DNA of 64,000 nucleotides from Nitrospirota bacterium (GCA_963790205.1 CAWBNQ010000014.1:224001-288000); one strand, 5' to 3'; shown: positions 10,220 to 20,061, numbered from the stretch's first letter. A program made the numbers and translations. The notes: a model not told the origin generated them from the sequence alone.

Positions 10220-10900
10220 TCATTGCTTTCCTTCTTTACAGCTCCCTCCGCAGGTGCAGGAGAATGATCCCGCCTTTGCCTTCTCAAACGCCTCTTTTCC
10301 CTCTCGATAACACAGTCCGCCGATGATCATCGCTCCGATCGAGTCAAGACCGCCGAGACCCGTGAGCCTGTACCCTGCGCTCGCGATGAGAAGAACGAAC
10401 GAGAGCTGCAAACATGCCCGTGTGCAGGCAGCATCCGAGAGGATGGCCGGCGAGTTCAGTTTTTTCCCGACCGACACCTTGGCGCGGATAAGCAGCCACA
10501 TGGAAAAAATGGAGATGAGGGAAATGACGATGCCCCAGAAGGTGCTTTCCGGCTTGTGCCCGCGGTAGAGGTCCACGAGGGAGGTGATTGCCAGTCCCGC
10601 GGTAAGGACGTAAAAGCCAGCACCCGTGATCCTGAGCGCCCCCTGTTCGAACCGGTCGGGGTCCTCGCCGTTATTTTGCCTGATCCTGCGGACCATGTGC
10701 CAGATGCCGATGCCGGAGACCACTTCAACGAACGAATCGAGGCCGAATCCGAAAAGCGACATGCTCTCGTTTTCCAATCCGAAAAAGACCGAAACCACGC
10801 CCTCGGCGAGGTTGTAAACGATCGTGATCAGCGCGAGGGCGGAAGCCCATGCGTAGAGCTTATTGTTTTTCTGAGCGCACCCGATCGTAAGCGTCTGCAT
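10220..10900 (-). CDS. Cation diffusion facilitator-like membrane transporter
   Basis: YNLAEG, SLFGFGLDS.VE, ILSDAACT..C, LDSIGA; C-terminal CxCxxxC. Confidence 0.82.
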   Translation of the reverse strand: MQTLTIGCAQKNNKLYAWASALALITIVYNLAEGVVSVFFGLENESMSLFGFGLDSFVEVVSGIGIWHMVRRIRQNNGEDPDRFEQGALRITGAGFYVLTAGLAITSLVDLYRGHKPESTFWGIVISLISIFSMWLLIRAKVSVGKKLNSPAILSDAACTRACLQLSFVLLIASAGYRLTGLGGLDSIGAMIIGGLCYREGKEAFEKAKAGSFSCTCGGSCKEGKQ

Positions 10901-10997
10901 GGAGGGGATAATACCACGCTTTGGCGGCGCGGCAAAGAGGAGAATTGTCCGGCATGCGTCGCGCACTTTAGCGCGCAGGTTCCCTGCCAAGGATGGA

Positions 10998-12330
10998 TTA
11001 AAATCTCCCGGAGCCGCTCTGGACAGCCTGGTACAAGCGTCGCACCAGGGCCTGGTTATAACCATGGGAGGTCATGTTGGCGGTAATCCATCCTCTGATG
11101 GGAAGGCCGAGGAGATAGAGGTCTCCGATCATGTCCAATATCTTGTGGCGTACGAATTCGTCGGGATAACGGAGTTCCGTGTTGATGACCTTGCCGTCAT
11201 ACATGATGATGTGGGAATGGAGATATCCGCCTCCGACCTTTCCAAGCTTCTGGGCCATTTCGATGTTCTCAAAGGTGTTGAAGGAGCGGGCCGGAGCTAT
11301 CTCCTTTGCAAAAGACCCGCTTGCAGGATTGAACGTGAGGATCTGTTCGCCTATGGGCGGAGGGTAGTCGACCCTCATCGATATCTCGAACCCCTCAAAG
11401 GGCTCCGCATATATATGCTTTTCATGCCGCTCCTCGTTTCCCACTCCGATCTTCCGGCGGATGATGGCAACCCTGGTGGAGGCAGACTGTTCTCTCTATC
11501 CCCGCCTCTTCGATGAGGTCGCAGAAATCCTTGGCAGAGCCGTCTATGTTCGGTATCTCCTCGTCGACTTTTATGAGCACGTTGGTGATGCCGTACATGG
11601 AAAGGACCGCCATCAGGTGTTCAATGGTGCGCACCCGCCGCCTGCCGTTGTCCAGGGTGGTGGAGTTGGCGGAAAAGGTCTTCGACAGGCCGGTCTGGGA
11701 GAAGTCCTCAAGTGAGGTGATATGTCCACGGATGGTTTGACCGTCAAGCGTTTGAAAGACGATCCCTTCGTTGGTCCCGAGGGGGGAGAGGATGACGCCG
11801 GTGTTCCGGCCGCTCAGAAGCCCTATACCGTTCAGGACCACATTGCCGCTGAGCGTGCGCTGAGGTTCAGGGGAATCCACCACGTCCACCACGCCGGGAG
11901 GAATAGATAGATCGGCGCTGACGATCTCAAGCCTCGTATCCGAGGGCAGGGTCTCGCCGCTCCCGGAAGGCCGGTGCTTGAGGGCGGACGCCACCTTGTC
12001 GAGCAGGACCTCCAGATGCAGCGGTTTTTCCAGAAAATCGTAGGCCCCGGCCTTGATGGCGGCGACCGCCGCATCGATACCGGCATGCCCGCTCATCATG
12101 ATGATGGGGAGCGTGGGGATCCGGGCATGCAGGCGTTTCAGGAGCTGCATGCCGTCTATGCCGGGGAGCCAGATATCCAGCAGGACGAGGGAGGGCTCCA
12201 TGGCATCGAGCTTCTGCCAGAAGCTCTCCGCGTCCGGAAATGCGACGGTCGGATACCCCTCGTCCTTCAGAATGCTCTCTACGGTGGAAGTGATGGAAGA
12301 TACGTCGTCTATTATACAGATAGGGTTCAT
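10998..12330 (-). CDS. lpxC: Response-regulator receiver domain fused to LpxC deacetylase; 1-nt frameshift near 11491-11497
   Basis: Receiver: IIDD, LLDIWLP, MSGH, FLEKP. LpxC: QRTL...GIGLLSG, TIEHLMA, EIPNIDGS, EIAPARSF, LRYPDEFVRHKILDMIGDL, SH..N. The two halves lie in different frames. Confidence 0.88.
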
Positions 12331-12559
12331 ATAAGGTTATGTGTGGTGGTTCGTCCCGCCCTAAAGTGAAGGTAGAGTAAGACAATAAAGGACGTTTGTC
12401 AAGAACACGTCGCGCGGACAAACATTCCGCATATCGATCATCCGTTATTGACCCCCGAAATACCCGGATTTTTTTGAGGCCGTTTATTTGCTCTCCGAAC
12501 AAGGCACTCGGTGCTGGTTTAATACGCGTCGTTTTCGCTGGTTGGGCCGTTTTCGTACT

Positions 12560-12967
12560 CTAAGATCGGAAGACGGAAGCCGATTTTAATCGTAGAAAGT
12601 CCCTTATCTTCTTGAATCGTCCGTTGTCTTTTTCGGAAATGAATGCCTCATTATAGTCAGCATTGGCCAGAAAGCACCATAAAAACATATTGTGTCGCCA
12701 TTTGCTTTTAACTTCTTTGTTCAAGTCGGCTTTGTTCAGTTGAAGTAGGTTATATATCCATTGGATTGCTGAAGCGGCAACAACAAATAATGCGCCGTAC
12801 ACTAAGATCGATACAATAATATCAGATATGGCGATATTGATTCCTGATCCGAATAATGCATCTGCTATGGCAAAAATGATCATTAAGAAAATGAAAAATA
12901 CGAAAAAGATGAAGTACAGATCGGAACGACTGGGATGGAGGTTATCATAGGCCCTCTGTCCGGTCAA
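12560..12967 (-). CDS. Hypothetical AT-rich membrane protein (two TM segments)
   Basis: Open frame with two hydrophobic stretches; no recognised motif; start uncertain. Confidence 0.5.
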   Translation of the reverse strand: MTGQRAYDNLHPSRSDLYFIFFVFFIFLMIIFAIADALFGSGINIAISDIIVSILVYGALFVVAASAIQWIYNLLQLNKADLNKEVKSKWRHNMFLWCFLANADYNEAFISEKDNGRFKKIRDFLRLKSASVFRS

Positions 12968-13246
12968 TAAAAAAACGGCTTAAGGTATCCAACAAATTTT
13001 ATTGCACTTTCTTCGGGACCAATATGCAAAATTGCATATAAGTTCTCCTGTGTCAGCCGTCCATGCAAATGATCCCGGACGACCGGAGAGCTCTATCATG
13101 CATTCCTTTTTTTTCTCCCGTCCGGGGATAAAAATAATACGTGAAAACTCGTGTCAATTCGTAGCTAACCCTTCACGCCCGGCCCGCCCTTCCCGAGTTT
13201 CCGCTCGACCTCGCGCGGATACGGGAACGTTCTTTTTTGCCTTCCA

Positions 13247-14071
13247 TCAGTGTTTTGATGAAGGCGGGCTCCCGCGGCCGAGGCTCGCGGTGATCTCGGC
13301 GCCGAAGAGAAACAGCGCCAGAGAAAAGTATATCCAGATAAGGATCACGAAGAGCGACTTGAAGGACCCGAAGGCGAAACCGTATCCGGGGTTATACGTG
13401 AGGAAAAGGTGAAAGGCCGGCCTCATCGCAAACCAGAGCGCAGAGGCCGCCAGGGCTCCGAGCACGAGATGGCGGACCCGCGTCTTCGACGAAAATGTAA
13501 AATAAAGCGCGAATACCGTGCCGGGGACTACGACGGCAGAAACGATTTTATCGAGGTAACCGGGAAGCAGCCGAAGCGGATGGAACCGTCCTTCCACGGT
13601 CAGCGCGACCCCGGCAACCGCCACGGCGAAAAACCCGATGAGGAACACGAGGCTGATGGCGGCATCAAAAAGTTTTTCGACGAGAAAAGACCTGCCTGAC
13701 TTTTTCAGGAAAATTGTGCCGAGCGATATGCGCATGTCCGCCACAAGCGGCGTAATGCTCCAGAAGAGCGCGAGGATATTTACGACGCCAATAGTGCCCT
13801 TGTGGCTTGCGATAACACCAACCTCCCGCAGGATCACCCGGCTGTAGGCCGGAATGAGCTGTGTCAAAAGCTCCTCCGTTTCCTGGAGCGCCTGCGTAGA
13901 CGATCCGATTGCGGCGCCAAGAAGAAACGTAAGGAGGAAAAGGGCGGGGATAAGCGCCAGGGTCGCCGTGAAGGCAAGCGACGAGGCGGCGGTCAGGTCG
14001 TTGTTTCTCCTGAATGACGCCGCTGCGTCTGCAAGGGTGACCCGGATTTTTTTGAAGAACTCGCCGAGCAT
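13247..14071 (-). CDS. YihY/BrkB family membrane protein
   Basis: ASSLAF...ALIP, multiple TM helices, YGFAFGSFKSLFVILIWIY..LFLFGAE. Confidence 0.88.
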   Translation of the reverse strand: MLGEFFKKIRVTLADAAASFRRNNDLTAASSLAFTATLALIPALFLLTFLLGAAIGSSTQALQETEELLTQLIPAYSRVILREVGVIASHKGTIGVVNILALFWSITPLVADMRISLGTIFLKKSGRSFLVEKLFDAAISLVFLIGFFAVAVAGVALTVEGRFHPLRLLPGYLDKIVSAVVVPGTVFALYFTFSSKTRVRHLVLGALAASALWFAMRPAFHLFLTYNPGYGFAFGSFKSLFVILIWIYFSLALFLFGAEITASLGRGSPPSSKH

Positions 14072-14320
14072 GTTTATCTCTCTGGGTCCTGGGTGGAACG
14101 GATGACCGGGCGGCAGACGGGAACTGTCTTTTTTCCCGCTCCGCTACGCGGCGGTGAAGCGTCATTATAGATGGTTGCGTTAAAATAGGCAAGGCGGCAG
14201 ACGCGAAAAAAAACCACCGGCGCGGCCCCCGGACCGGATTAAGCTTGACGGTCGATGCATTATATTCTATCATAAAACCACGCGCGAATAAGGCGAACTC
14301 ATGCCTATCCGGAGGCGACC

Positions 14321-14725
14321 ATGACAGACCACCAGATGGACAAAGACAGCACCCGCATACGGCCTCCGTCCACGTCCGGAGGGAAGATCCCGGAGCGATA
14401 CAGCGCATCCATCGTCATCGTGAACGGATACGCCGAAGGCATGGAGTATCCAATCACCGGAGAATACACCGTCATCGGCAGGGACAAGGACGCGGACATT
14501 GCGGTGAAGGACGCCCTGGTGTCGCGCTGGCATGTGGCGATCATCTATCATGAGGGAGAATTCACGATCAAGGACCTGGGGAGCACGAACGGCACGATGA
14601 TGAACGGCAACGTGATAGAGCTTGCCTCGTTGCGGCACCGGGACAAATTCCGCATTGGGGACACCACCATTCAATTCATCCTTCAGGACACGGGCGAAGG
14701 CAGGGTGTACGAGATCGCAGAATGA
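14321..14725 (+). CDS. FHA-domain protein
   Basis: IGR...D...VSRWH...DLGSTNGT; GGAGG RBS. Confidence 0.92.
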   Translation: MTDHQMDKDSTRIRPPSTSGGKIPERYSASIVIVNGYAEGMEYPITGEYTVIGRDKDADIAVKDALVSRWHVAIIYHEGEFTIKDLGSTNGTMMNGNVIELASLRHRDKFRIGDTTIQFILQDTGEGRVYEIAE

Positions 14726-15495
14726 CCATTATCTCCGCGGGTAAAACCGACACGGGCAAGACCAGGAAGAACAACGAAGATTCCTATCTGGTCGATGACG
14801 GCATGGGGCTGTATGCCGTCGCCGACGGCATCGGCGGCCACGAGGGCGGTGAAGTGGCGAGCCGCATGGCGATCGAAGGGCTTTCTCAGATCGTCCGGGA
14901 GCGATGTTCGGGTGCCGACAATACGCCGGCGCACGGCATCTCAGCGAAGGGTGATCCGGCCGGGGCTTTACTCAGCCGCGCCTTTACGCTGGCCAACGGG
15001 ACGATACGCCGGGCCGCTGCCGAAAATCCCGCTCTCCTCCGCATGGGGACCACGATGACGGCCCTCCTGCTTCGTGAAAAGACGGCCTACCTGGCCCATG
15101 TCGGCGACAGCCGGGCTTACCGGCTCAGGGACGGCGTCCTCACGCAGGTGACCGATGATCATACGGTCATTGCCGATCAGGTGCGCGCCGGCCTGCTCAC
15201 GCCCGGGCAGGCGCAAAAGAGCCCTTACCGTCATGTCATTACACGGGCGCTGGGAATCGACCCGGAGCTCATCGTCGACCACCAGGTGCTCGAGACCGGA
15301 CCGGACGATACCTTTCTCCTCTGTACGGACGGCCTCACGGAGATGGTTGATGACGAAACGATCCGGAGGATTCTATCAAACGCTTCTCCGCAAGAGGCGG
15401 CGGAACGACTTGTTCGTGAGGCGAATGACCGCGGCGGGGTGGATAATATAACCGTCGTTGTGATACATAATGAAGGACTAAAGGACCACGAATGA
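14722..15495 (+). CDS. PP2C-family Ser/Thr phosphatase (Stp1-like)
   Basis: R.NNED, VADGIGGH..GEVAS, MGTT, HVGDSRAY, LLCTDGL, GGVDNIT; ATGA overlap with the FHA gene. Confidence 0.94.
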   Translation: MTIISAGKTDTGKTRKNNEDSYLVDDGMGLYAVADGIGGHEGGEVASRMAIEGLSQIVRERCSGADNTPAHGISAKGDPAGALLSRAFTLANGTIRRAAAENPALLRMGTTMTALLLREKTAYLAHVGDSRAYRLRDGVLTQVTDDHTVIADQVRAGLLTPGQAQKSPYRHVITRALGIDPELIVDHQVLETGPDDTFLLCTDGLTEMVDDETIRRILSNASPQEAAERLVREANDRGGVDNITVVVIHNEGLKDHE

Positions 15496-15535
15496 GCACC
15501 GGCAACTACCCGCGAACGGAGCGTGAAACAGCACT

Positions 15536-16681
15536 ATGCCGAGAAAGATAAAGGATGATTACGAGATAGTGGCCGAGCTTGGCGAAGGCGGCATGGCCAC
15601 GGTGTACAAAGCGGTCCAGAAATCGCTCAACCGGCCGGTCGCCGTCAAGGAGCTCAAGAAGGCCTATCACGCCGACAACGTGATCGTCCAGCGCTTCGTG
15701 CGCGAGGCGCGGCTCGCGGCCTCGTTCCAGCACGAGAACATCGTCCACATCTACGATTACGGGCACAAGCCCGAGTACTGCATCATCATGGAATACGTCG
15801 ATGGGACGTCCCTCGCGCGGATGATCCAGGAGATGGGACCGCTGCCCACGGACGTGGGGGTCATGATCGCCCTCCAGGTGGCGAACGCGCTCGAGTACGC
15901 GCATGCGCGCGGGATGGTCCACCGGGACATCAAGCCGGGCAATATCATGGTCAAGCGCAACGGAGAAGTAAAGGTCATGGACTTCGGCATTGCGTTGATA
16001 AAGAACCTCGAGTCCCTCACGATGCCCGGCACGCTCGTCGGCACTCCATCCTATATGTCGCCGGAGCAGATCGTCGGCGACCCCTTGGACGCGAGGTCCG
16101 ACATCTTTTCCTTCGGCATCGTGCTCTACGAAATGTTCACCGGCATGAAGCCCTTCCAGGATGAAAAAACGGCCTCGATCACCGCGAAGATCGTACGAGG
16201 GAAATTCCCGTCCCCGCGCAGCGTCAACAGCGAAGTGCCGCGGAGTATCCAGCGCATCATCAGGAAGTGCATGAAGAAAAAACCGCACAAGCGCTACGGG
16301 TCCATGCAGGAGCTTGCGCGGGCGCTGGGGAAGCGCATCAGGGGAATGGACAAGCCGTCGTCGCTCAAACGGATCTCTGATTATCTCGTGGAGGCGAAGC
16401 TGGCCGAGGCGCCGCCCGCGGATGAGACGGTCGTCATCTACAAGGCGCCGGGGATAGGCACCTTTACGAGGATAGTGCTGATAACCACGTGCATTCTCAT
16501 CCTGCTCTCGGGAGCGATAGGTTATTATTCCTGGACTAAGGCCCGGGCAGCGCGCGTACAACAGACGGTCCCCGCGGTTGTACAGCCTGCTCCCGGCCCT
16601 GTCAGCATGCCGACCAGCACAACGGCGACATCGCCGGCCGCAGCGCCCGGCATGGCGGGGTCCGGGAAAAGATCCGAATAA
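15536..16681 (+). CDS. Hanks-type Ser/Thr protein kinase with C-terminal TM helix
   Basis: LGEGGMATVY, VAVKEL, HRDIKPGN, DFG, GTPSYMSPEQ, SDIFSFG. Confidence 0.95.
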   Translation: MPRKIKDDYEIVAELGEGGMATVYKAVQKSLNRPVAVKELKKAYHADNVIVQRFVREARLAASFQHENIVHIYDYGHKPEYCIIMEYVDGTSLARMIQEMGPLPTDVGVMIALQVANALEYAHARGMVHRDIKPGNIMVKRNGEVKVMDFGIALIKNLESLTMPGTLVGTPSYMSPEQIVGDPLDARSDIFSFGIVLYEMFTGMKPFQDEKTASITAKIVRGKFPSPRSVNSEVPRSIQRIIRKCMKKKPHKRYGSMQELARALGKRIRGMDKPSSLKRISDYLVEAKLAEAPPADETVVIYKAPGIGTFTRIVLITTCILILLSGAIGYYSWTKARAARVQQTVPAVVQPAPGPVSMPTSTTATSPAAAPGMAGSGKRSE

Positions 16682-16769
16682 CTATTCGCGCTCTCAAAGC
16701 GACCGGGCGCCCTGTTCGCGCAATAAACCTCCGCGCCGCTCACGCGTTCCGCGCCCTTCGGTTCTTCTC

Positions 16770-17528
16770 CTATGAAGCAAGGTCCCTTGTAATCTCATCC
16801 TTGATGAATTTTCTGATGAACTCCCGGTCCTCGCCGGAGATCTCGACGAATTTCATCCCCATACCCGGCTCCTTGAGCGGCCCGCTGGCCCCGGTGATAC
16901 AGTACAACACCATGGCCCGGGCCTTAACCCGCCTGCCGGGGACCAAGATCGTGATAGGAAGCATGGAGTTCACCGGCCGCGCTTGATTGGTCCTGATGTA
17001 GATGCCGTTCTCCGAGAGGGCCGTGACGCACTCGCTGCTCGCAGCGGAGCCTTTCGCCCCGTCGCCGAGAAGGACCGGAAGACAGGTCTTGAACCGGATA
17101 TAGTGCCGCGGCGTCGCCTCGATGGCGTACTGGATCGACCGGTACAGCGTATTGGGATCAACGGGCTTTCCAAGGAAGGATGCGCATCCTGCGACCATGC
17201 AGAGTTCTTCGACTTTCGGGTCCTTCATGTGGGTATGGACGATGACGGGGAGGTCCTTGGTCTGCGGGTCCTGCTTGACCCGGCTCAGGAGGTCCATCCC
17301 GCTCATCCTGGGCAGCAGCAGCTCCGTGATGATCGCCGAAGGCCGCGCAATTTCCATGAACCGGAGGCAGTCCTCGGCACTGCCCGCGGTAAAAATGGTA
17401 TAGTCCAGCCTCTGGAGAACCATGCCGGCAGAGAACAGTTCAGCGGAATTGCCGTCTACCACAACAAGATAGTGTTTTTTCTCGCCACGAGGAGGTTTCT
17501 GCGTTTTGACCGGTGTTCTCGTCGTCAT
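16770..17528 (-). CDS. Atypical receiver domain + PilZ domain protein
   Basis: Receiver fold (VVDG, IITE, FLGKP), then RHYIR, ALSENG, GMGMKF. Confidence 0.85.
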   Translation of the reverse strand: MTTRTPVKTQKPPRGEKKHYLVVVDGNSAELFSAGMVLQRLDYTIFTAGSAEDCLRFMEIARPSAIITELLLPRMSGMDLLSRVKQDPQTKDLPVIVHTHMKDPKVEELCMVAGCASFLGKPVDPNTLYRSIQYAIEATPRHYIRFKTCLPVLLGDGAKGSAASSECVTALSENGIYIRTNQARPVNSMLPITILVPGRRVKARAMVLYCITGASGPLKEPGMGMKFVEISGEDREFIRKFIKDEITRDLAS

Positions 17529-17573
17529 GGTAAGCCTCAATCCCGGAACGAGCAGCTGCCGGCGGTATCGTCT

Positions 17574-18305
17574 TCAGACTCCCTGGGGGGCAATGTCTCC
17601 GATAAGCTGATCTTTGATGAAATTTCTGATCTCACTCCGGTCCGTATCGGAGATTTCGACGAACTTCATGCCCATGCCCGGCTCCTTATACGGCCCGCCG
17701 GCCATGGCGAAGCTGTAGAGCACGACTGCCTTCGCCGTGATCTCTTTCTTCGGGAGAAAGATGCGGACCATCGCCAGCGCGTTCTGCGGCTGTGGAGCAT
17801 GGGTCCGCACATAGAGGCCGCCCTCGGAAAGGGCGGTAGCGTACTCGATCCTTGCGGCGCCGCCCGCCGCCGTCCCGCCCTCCACGATCACCTTGAGCGA
17901 CGTGTTGAGCCGTATGTTTGCGCGGGGGAGGGACTCCGACACGGATTGGAGCGTGCGATAAAGCACGTCGGGTTCCACAGGCTTGAAAAGATAGGCGGCG
18001 CATCCCAATCGAGTACAGGCGTCCTTCAGTCCCGGATCGCTCTCCGACGTCAGCATCACGACGGGAACGGCTTTCAACTTCTGGCTGTTCTTTATGTGCT
18101 TGAGCAGGTCGGCCCCGCTCATGTTCAACAGGGAAGTCTCGCTCAGCACGATGGAGGGGACGGCGCTCTCCATCATGCGGAGGGCGTCTTCAGCGCTCCG
18201 CGCCGTCTCCACCGTGTATTCAAGCCGCTTGAGCAGCATCCCGAGATAGAAAAGGATGGAGGGGCTGCCGTCCACGAGCAGGATGGTGCGGGTCTCACGG
18301 TCCAT
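17574..18305 (-). CDS. Atypical receiver domain + PilZ domain protein (paralog)
   Basis: LLVDG, VLSE, YLFKP, then RANIR, ALSEGG, GMGMKF. Confidence 0.85.
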   Translation of the reverse strand: MDRETRTILLVDGSPSILFYLGMLLKRLEYTVETARSAEDALRMMESAVPSIVLSETSLLNMSGADLLKHIKNSQKLKAVPVVMLTSESDPGLKDACTRLGCAAYLFKPVEPDVLYRTLQSVSESLPRANIRLNTSLKVIVEGGTAAGGAARIEYATALSEGGLYVRTHAPQPQNALAMVRIFLPKKEITAKAVVLYSFAMAGGPYKEPGMGMKFVEISDTDRSEIRNFIKDQLIGDIAPQGV

Positions 18306-18915
18306 GGAGCCCCGCCTTTCTATTACCGCATCGAAGTAGTAACATTATCAAAAGAATATCATCTCTTTCATTTTTTATCAATACCCCAAAAATACCCCGT
18401 CTAATTTCTTGACAATAAATTAAGCGGTCTATACAATCAACGGTAATCCTGAAATTTAGTGTGATTCGGAAACAATAAAGGGAGCAAACCACGAATACCG
18501 ATTATTCAACCTGCCCTTGGACAACCACCATGCAGAAAGGAGCTTATCATGGAAAAAGTCCTGTTTGTTTTTTGCGGTCTTCTCATATTCACCGGTTTTG
18601 CACTGGGACAAACGGGAGTAAAACTTTCATGACCCCGGATTTACAGCCTGAAAGGAATGCGGCCGGAGAAAGAGACGCATGGTCATGGAGACCGCCGAAG
18701 GGAGTCGGCGGCTTTCTCTAAAGGAATAACTGCCGTATGGAGATTTCGTGCTCGGGCGGCACAGGAAACGGCTCGGAGAGATTGTCTTAAAGGTAGTGGG
18801 GGGGGGATCGTGGGGGAGACGGCTTTCGCGGTCAATGAAGCTTATAAAGGGGCCTCTGGTAAGGAGATGCAACGTTTCACCCCGGACGATGCATGTAATT
18901 TCCCAAAGCACCGGC

Positions 18916-19689
18916 CTAAAACGAGATCGACTCGAATTCGGGCCGAAGCAGAATAAATTTATTTTTTAGAACCTGTATTTCACCGCTTTTCTGCCACTTG
19001 TCCAATACGCGCGTCACGGTCTCGCGCGTGAGACCGGTCATATCGGCGATATCCTGATGGATAAGCTTGATGTTCAGCACCGTTCCCGTTCCCTTGGGAG
19101 TCTTCGTGCCGTACGTCTCGGAGAGTATGAGCAACAGCATCTTGACCCGCTGCGAAGCGTTGTTGAAGTTCAGAAGCTGAATCCTTTTCCACGCTTCGCG
19201 GAGCCGTAGGCTGAGGATATGGAGCAGATTTTCCAGCACCTTTCGTTGACCGAAGAGGAGGTCGTAAAAATCCTTCCTTGAGATAATGGCTGTGACCGAA
19301 TCTCTGGTCGCCGTTACCGTCGCGGGAGCGGTCTGGCCGTCGATCAGGGACAACTCGCCGAAAAAATCTCCGGCCTTGTGCATGGTGACAATGATCCCTT
19401 TTCCTTCTCCGGTCACCTGGATGACCTTGGCTTCGCCCTCGAGGATGATGTACATGAACTCATTGGTATTCTCTTCATGAAGGATGGTCTCGTTCTTCCT
19501 GAATTTCTTGATCGCGACCTTTTCCTGTACCTCCCGCAGTTCATCCTGAGTGAGGGAAGAAAACAGTTCGATCTTTTTTAAGCCATCATGCCCGTAAGGC
19601 TCTTTCACGAGGCTCCTTAAAACCCGCTCGCTTCCGCCGCTCTTTGCACGGCTTTTCTGTCTTGTGCTATGATCATGCGCTTTATTCAT
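18916..19689 (-). CDS. Crp/Fnr family transcriptional regulator
   Basis: cNMP-binding barrel (GDFFGELSL) and HTH HQDIADMTGLTRETVTR. Confidence 0.93.
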   Translation of the reverse strand: MNKAHDHSTRQKSRAKSGGSERVLRSLVKEPYGHDGLKKIELFSSLTQDELREVQEKVAIKKFRKNETILHEENTNEFMYIILEGEAKVIQVTGEGKGIIVTMHKAGDFFGELSLIDGQTAPATVTATRDSVTAIISRKDFYDLLFGQRKVLENLLHILSLRLREAWKRIQLLNFNNASQRVKMLLLILSETYGTKTPKGTGTVLNIKLIHQDIADMTGLTRETVTRVLDKWQKSGEIQVLKNKFILLRPEFESISF

Positions 19690-19851
19690 ATACGTTTTAG
19701 ATTATACTGAATACCCGGATACGTGCAAGATTATTTTCTGATAATTGCTCTCGCGGGCCTCAATAAATCAATCATCCGGTGAATTTCATACGACGAAAGT
19801 AGGCGATTTAACGAGAGAAAAAGCATTTAAGCCGTCACTATCATACGATTG

Positions 19852-19894
19852 TGTGATTACAATCACATATTCCTATAATCAACCAATGTAAGAT
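19852..19894 (+). promoter_or_regulatory. CRP-type box with class-II-spaced -10 element
   Basis: TGTGA-ttacaa-TCACA at 19852-19867; TAAGAT at 19889-19894, which places the site centre at about -41.5. Confidence 0.75.
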
Positions 19895-19973
19895 TACGGC
19901 ACGAAATTTTAGTGGTCTTGACAGCGCCTGTTCATTCATAAGGAACTCAAAAAGCATTTACTTTCTTCCCTGC

Positions 19974-20061
19974 TCGGAGCAAACCGGAGGGTAAAACCCT
20001 GGGGCGCAGATCATTATAATAATAATACGGGACCGCTGGGCAGAGATCATCCGTTGTCCGA
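19974..20061 (+). ncRNA. Candidate c-di-GMP-I (GEMM)-like riboswitch aptamer, atypical
   Basis: GCAAACC-hairpin-GGGGCGCA; second stem ACGGG/TCCGT; closing TCGGA/TCCGA; followed by a terminator in a 5' leader. Confidence 0.5.

Noticed and set aside
10193..10220. Short tgcatcc tandem words between the PHP and CDF genes
   Set aside because: Only a few degenerate heptamers; no supportable function.
2620..11500. Programmed ribosomal frameshifting in tilS or lpxC
   Set aside because: No canonical slippery heptamer at either site; single-base insertion errors are the simpler explanation.
16983..18404. 473-aa plus-strand ORF
   Set aside because: Antisense to the two receiver-PilZ genes; no RBS or domain signal.
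18460..18475. Possible third CRP box (TGTGA-ttcgga-AACAA)
   Set aside because: Only one half-site matches and there is no -10 element at the spacing seen for the other two.
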